A stretch of 64,000 nt of DNA, from assembly GCF_006345805.1 (NCBI RefSeq), contig NC_043013.1, forward strand, positions 9,796,001-9,860,000. The letters run 5' to 3'. Of the stretch, positions 62,576 to 64,000 are shown in pieces. The notes beneath the pieces were generated by a model. That model had not been told where the DNA came from. It did no database searches and was given only the letters and a program-made list of their open reading frames with translations. The DNA is from Octopus sinensis (lineage: Eukaryota). The translations under genes were made by a program, and so were the position numbers. How positions within the stretch are numbered: position 1 is the stretch's first letter; every line of letters starts with the position of its first letter.

Positions 62576-62740
62576 TTAATGTTATAAAGTTTAATAATAA
62601 ATTTTGAACTTTTTCATCCATTTATTTATTTGTCTGTCTGTCTATCTATTTATCATTATTCATAAAATATATGTCAGCTAAAAGTGGCGGTCCTATAGAA
62701 GACGGTGCTACTGTTCTTTTTAGCCACCGGAAGATATTCA

Positions 62741-62811
<71 letters not shown>

Positions 62812-62812
62812 T

Positions 62813-63065
62813 GTGGAGGCGCGTGGCTTAGTGGTTAGAGTGTTGAACTCATGATCGTAAGGTTGTGGTTTCGATTCCTGGACCGGACGACGCGTTGTGT
62901 TCTTGAGCAAAACACTTCATTTCACATTGCTCCAGTCCACTCAGCTGGCAAAAATGATTAACGCTGCGATGGACTGGTGTCCCATCCAGCTTGTGAACAT
63001 ATACGTCATGAAAACCGGGAAACCGGGCCCATGAACCTGGCTAGGCTTTAAAAGGGTGCATTTAA
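62813..63065 (+). mobile_element. SINE-E (CORE-like), full length, next to (TATC)n
   Basis: Colinear with 48757-48996. Confidence 0.92.
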
Positions 63066-63077
63066 GTTATTTAGTGT

Positions 63078-63290
63078 AAGGCGGTGAGCTGGAAGAACCA
63101 GAAGCATGCCAGGCAAAATGCATAGCGGCATTTCGTCGGTCTTTATGTTCTGAGTTCAAATTCCGCTGAAGTCGACTTTACCTTTCATACCCTTTCGAGA
63201 TGAAAGCTTATCGAATGAATTGTGCATGGAATTCAAAATGTACTGTGTTATCCCCTGAAATTGCTGACCTTGTGGAAAAGTTGAAATCAA
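63078..63290 (+). mobile_element. SINE-B, diverged
   Basis: GGCGGTGAGCTGG...TTCTGAGTTCAAATTCCGCTGAAGTCGACTTTACCTTTCAT. Confidence 0.78.
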
Positions 63291-63471
63291 TATTTGTGTA
63301 GTGTGAATGTGGGAAATATATGGCTAAGGAGCTCGCTTTGCAATCATGTGGTTTCGGGTTTAGTCCCACTGCGCTCCAATTTAGGCATGAGTCTTCTGCT
63401 ATTCTCGGGTCAGCCAATAACTTTTAAGCGAATCTGTTTGGCAGAAGCTATGCGAAAGCCCATCATATGCC

Positions 63472-63530
<59 letters not shown>

Positions 63531-63649
63531 TGTGCAGGGCCATTTGCAGTGGAGAAATTGTGTCGAAATGTTCTTACGTGATGTGATCTCGACGTTTGTT
63601 GGGGACGCATTGCACGGGGCCTAGTCTTGAGTGAATTGTGAACATAATA

Positions 63650-63746
<97 letters not shown>

Positions 63747-64000
63747 ATATATATATATGTATATATATATATGTATATATATGTATATATATATGTATGT
63801 ATGTATGTATATATATGTATATATATATATGTATGTATTATGTATGTATGTATCTATGTATGTATACCGTTGTGGCCAATGATTTTGTCAAAGGCGTTAT
63901 TTTGTACCAAAAATATATAAACATGCCTATCTAAGGCAAAAGGTTGATTTGTTTGAGCGCGTATTAACGAAGAATAATCTCGCACTCGAACCACATGAAC

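Overview
This is AT-rich eukaryotic DNA saturated with repeats, most likely from a cephalopod such as Octopus. That assignment is inferred from the SINE families and the extreme (TA)n/(TG)n/(TATC)n load, not from a database search. No complete, recognisable host gene is present, and almost all ORFs in the supplied track are microsatellite or repeat read-through. Contents: (1) more than 30 copies or fragments of five tRNA-headed SINE types (labelled A-E here), which swap heads and tails; (2) a 3.0-kb frameshifted CR1-group LINE (endonuclease + RT, 58657-61699, minus) whose 3' stem-loop is shared with SINE-C; (3) remnants of a Penelope-like element (PLE), an RTE LINE, a second CR1-type RT and a DD37D (maT) transposase; (4) several MITE-like inverted-repeat elements; (5) one 100-N gap; and (6) a few splice-defined candidate exons of unknown identity. 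The most striking signal is a set of PLE-type hammerhead ribozyme motifs linked to fold-back DNA. These are a core-intact hammerhead at 16199-16261 between about 90-bp inverted arms, a 110-bp-arm near-perfect palindrome at 3366-3589 carrying a half hammerhead, and a two-copy variant family with a non-canonical CUGUCGA core. Hammerheads in PLEs are known in general; their activity and novelty here are untested.
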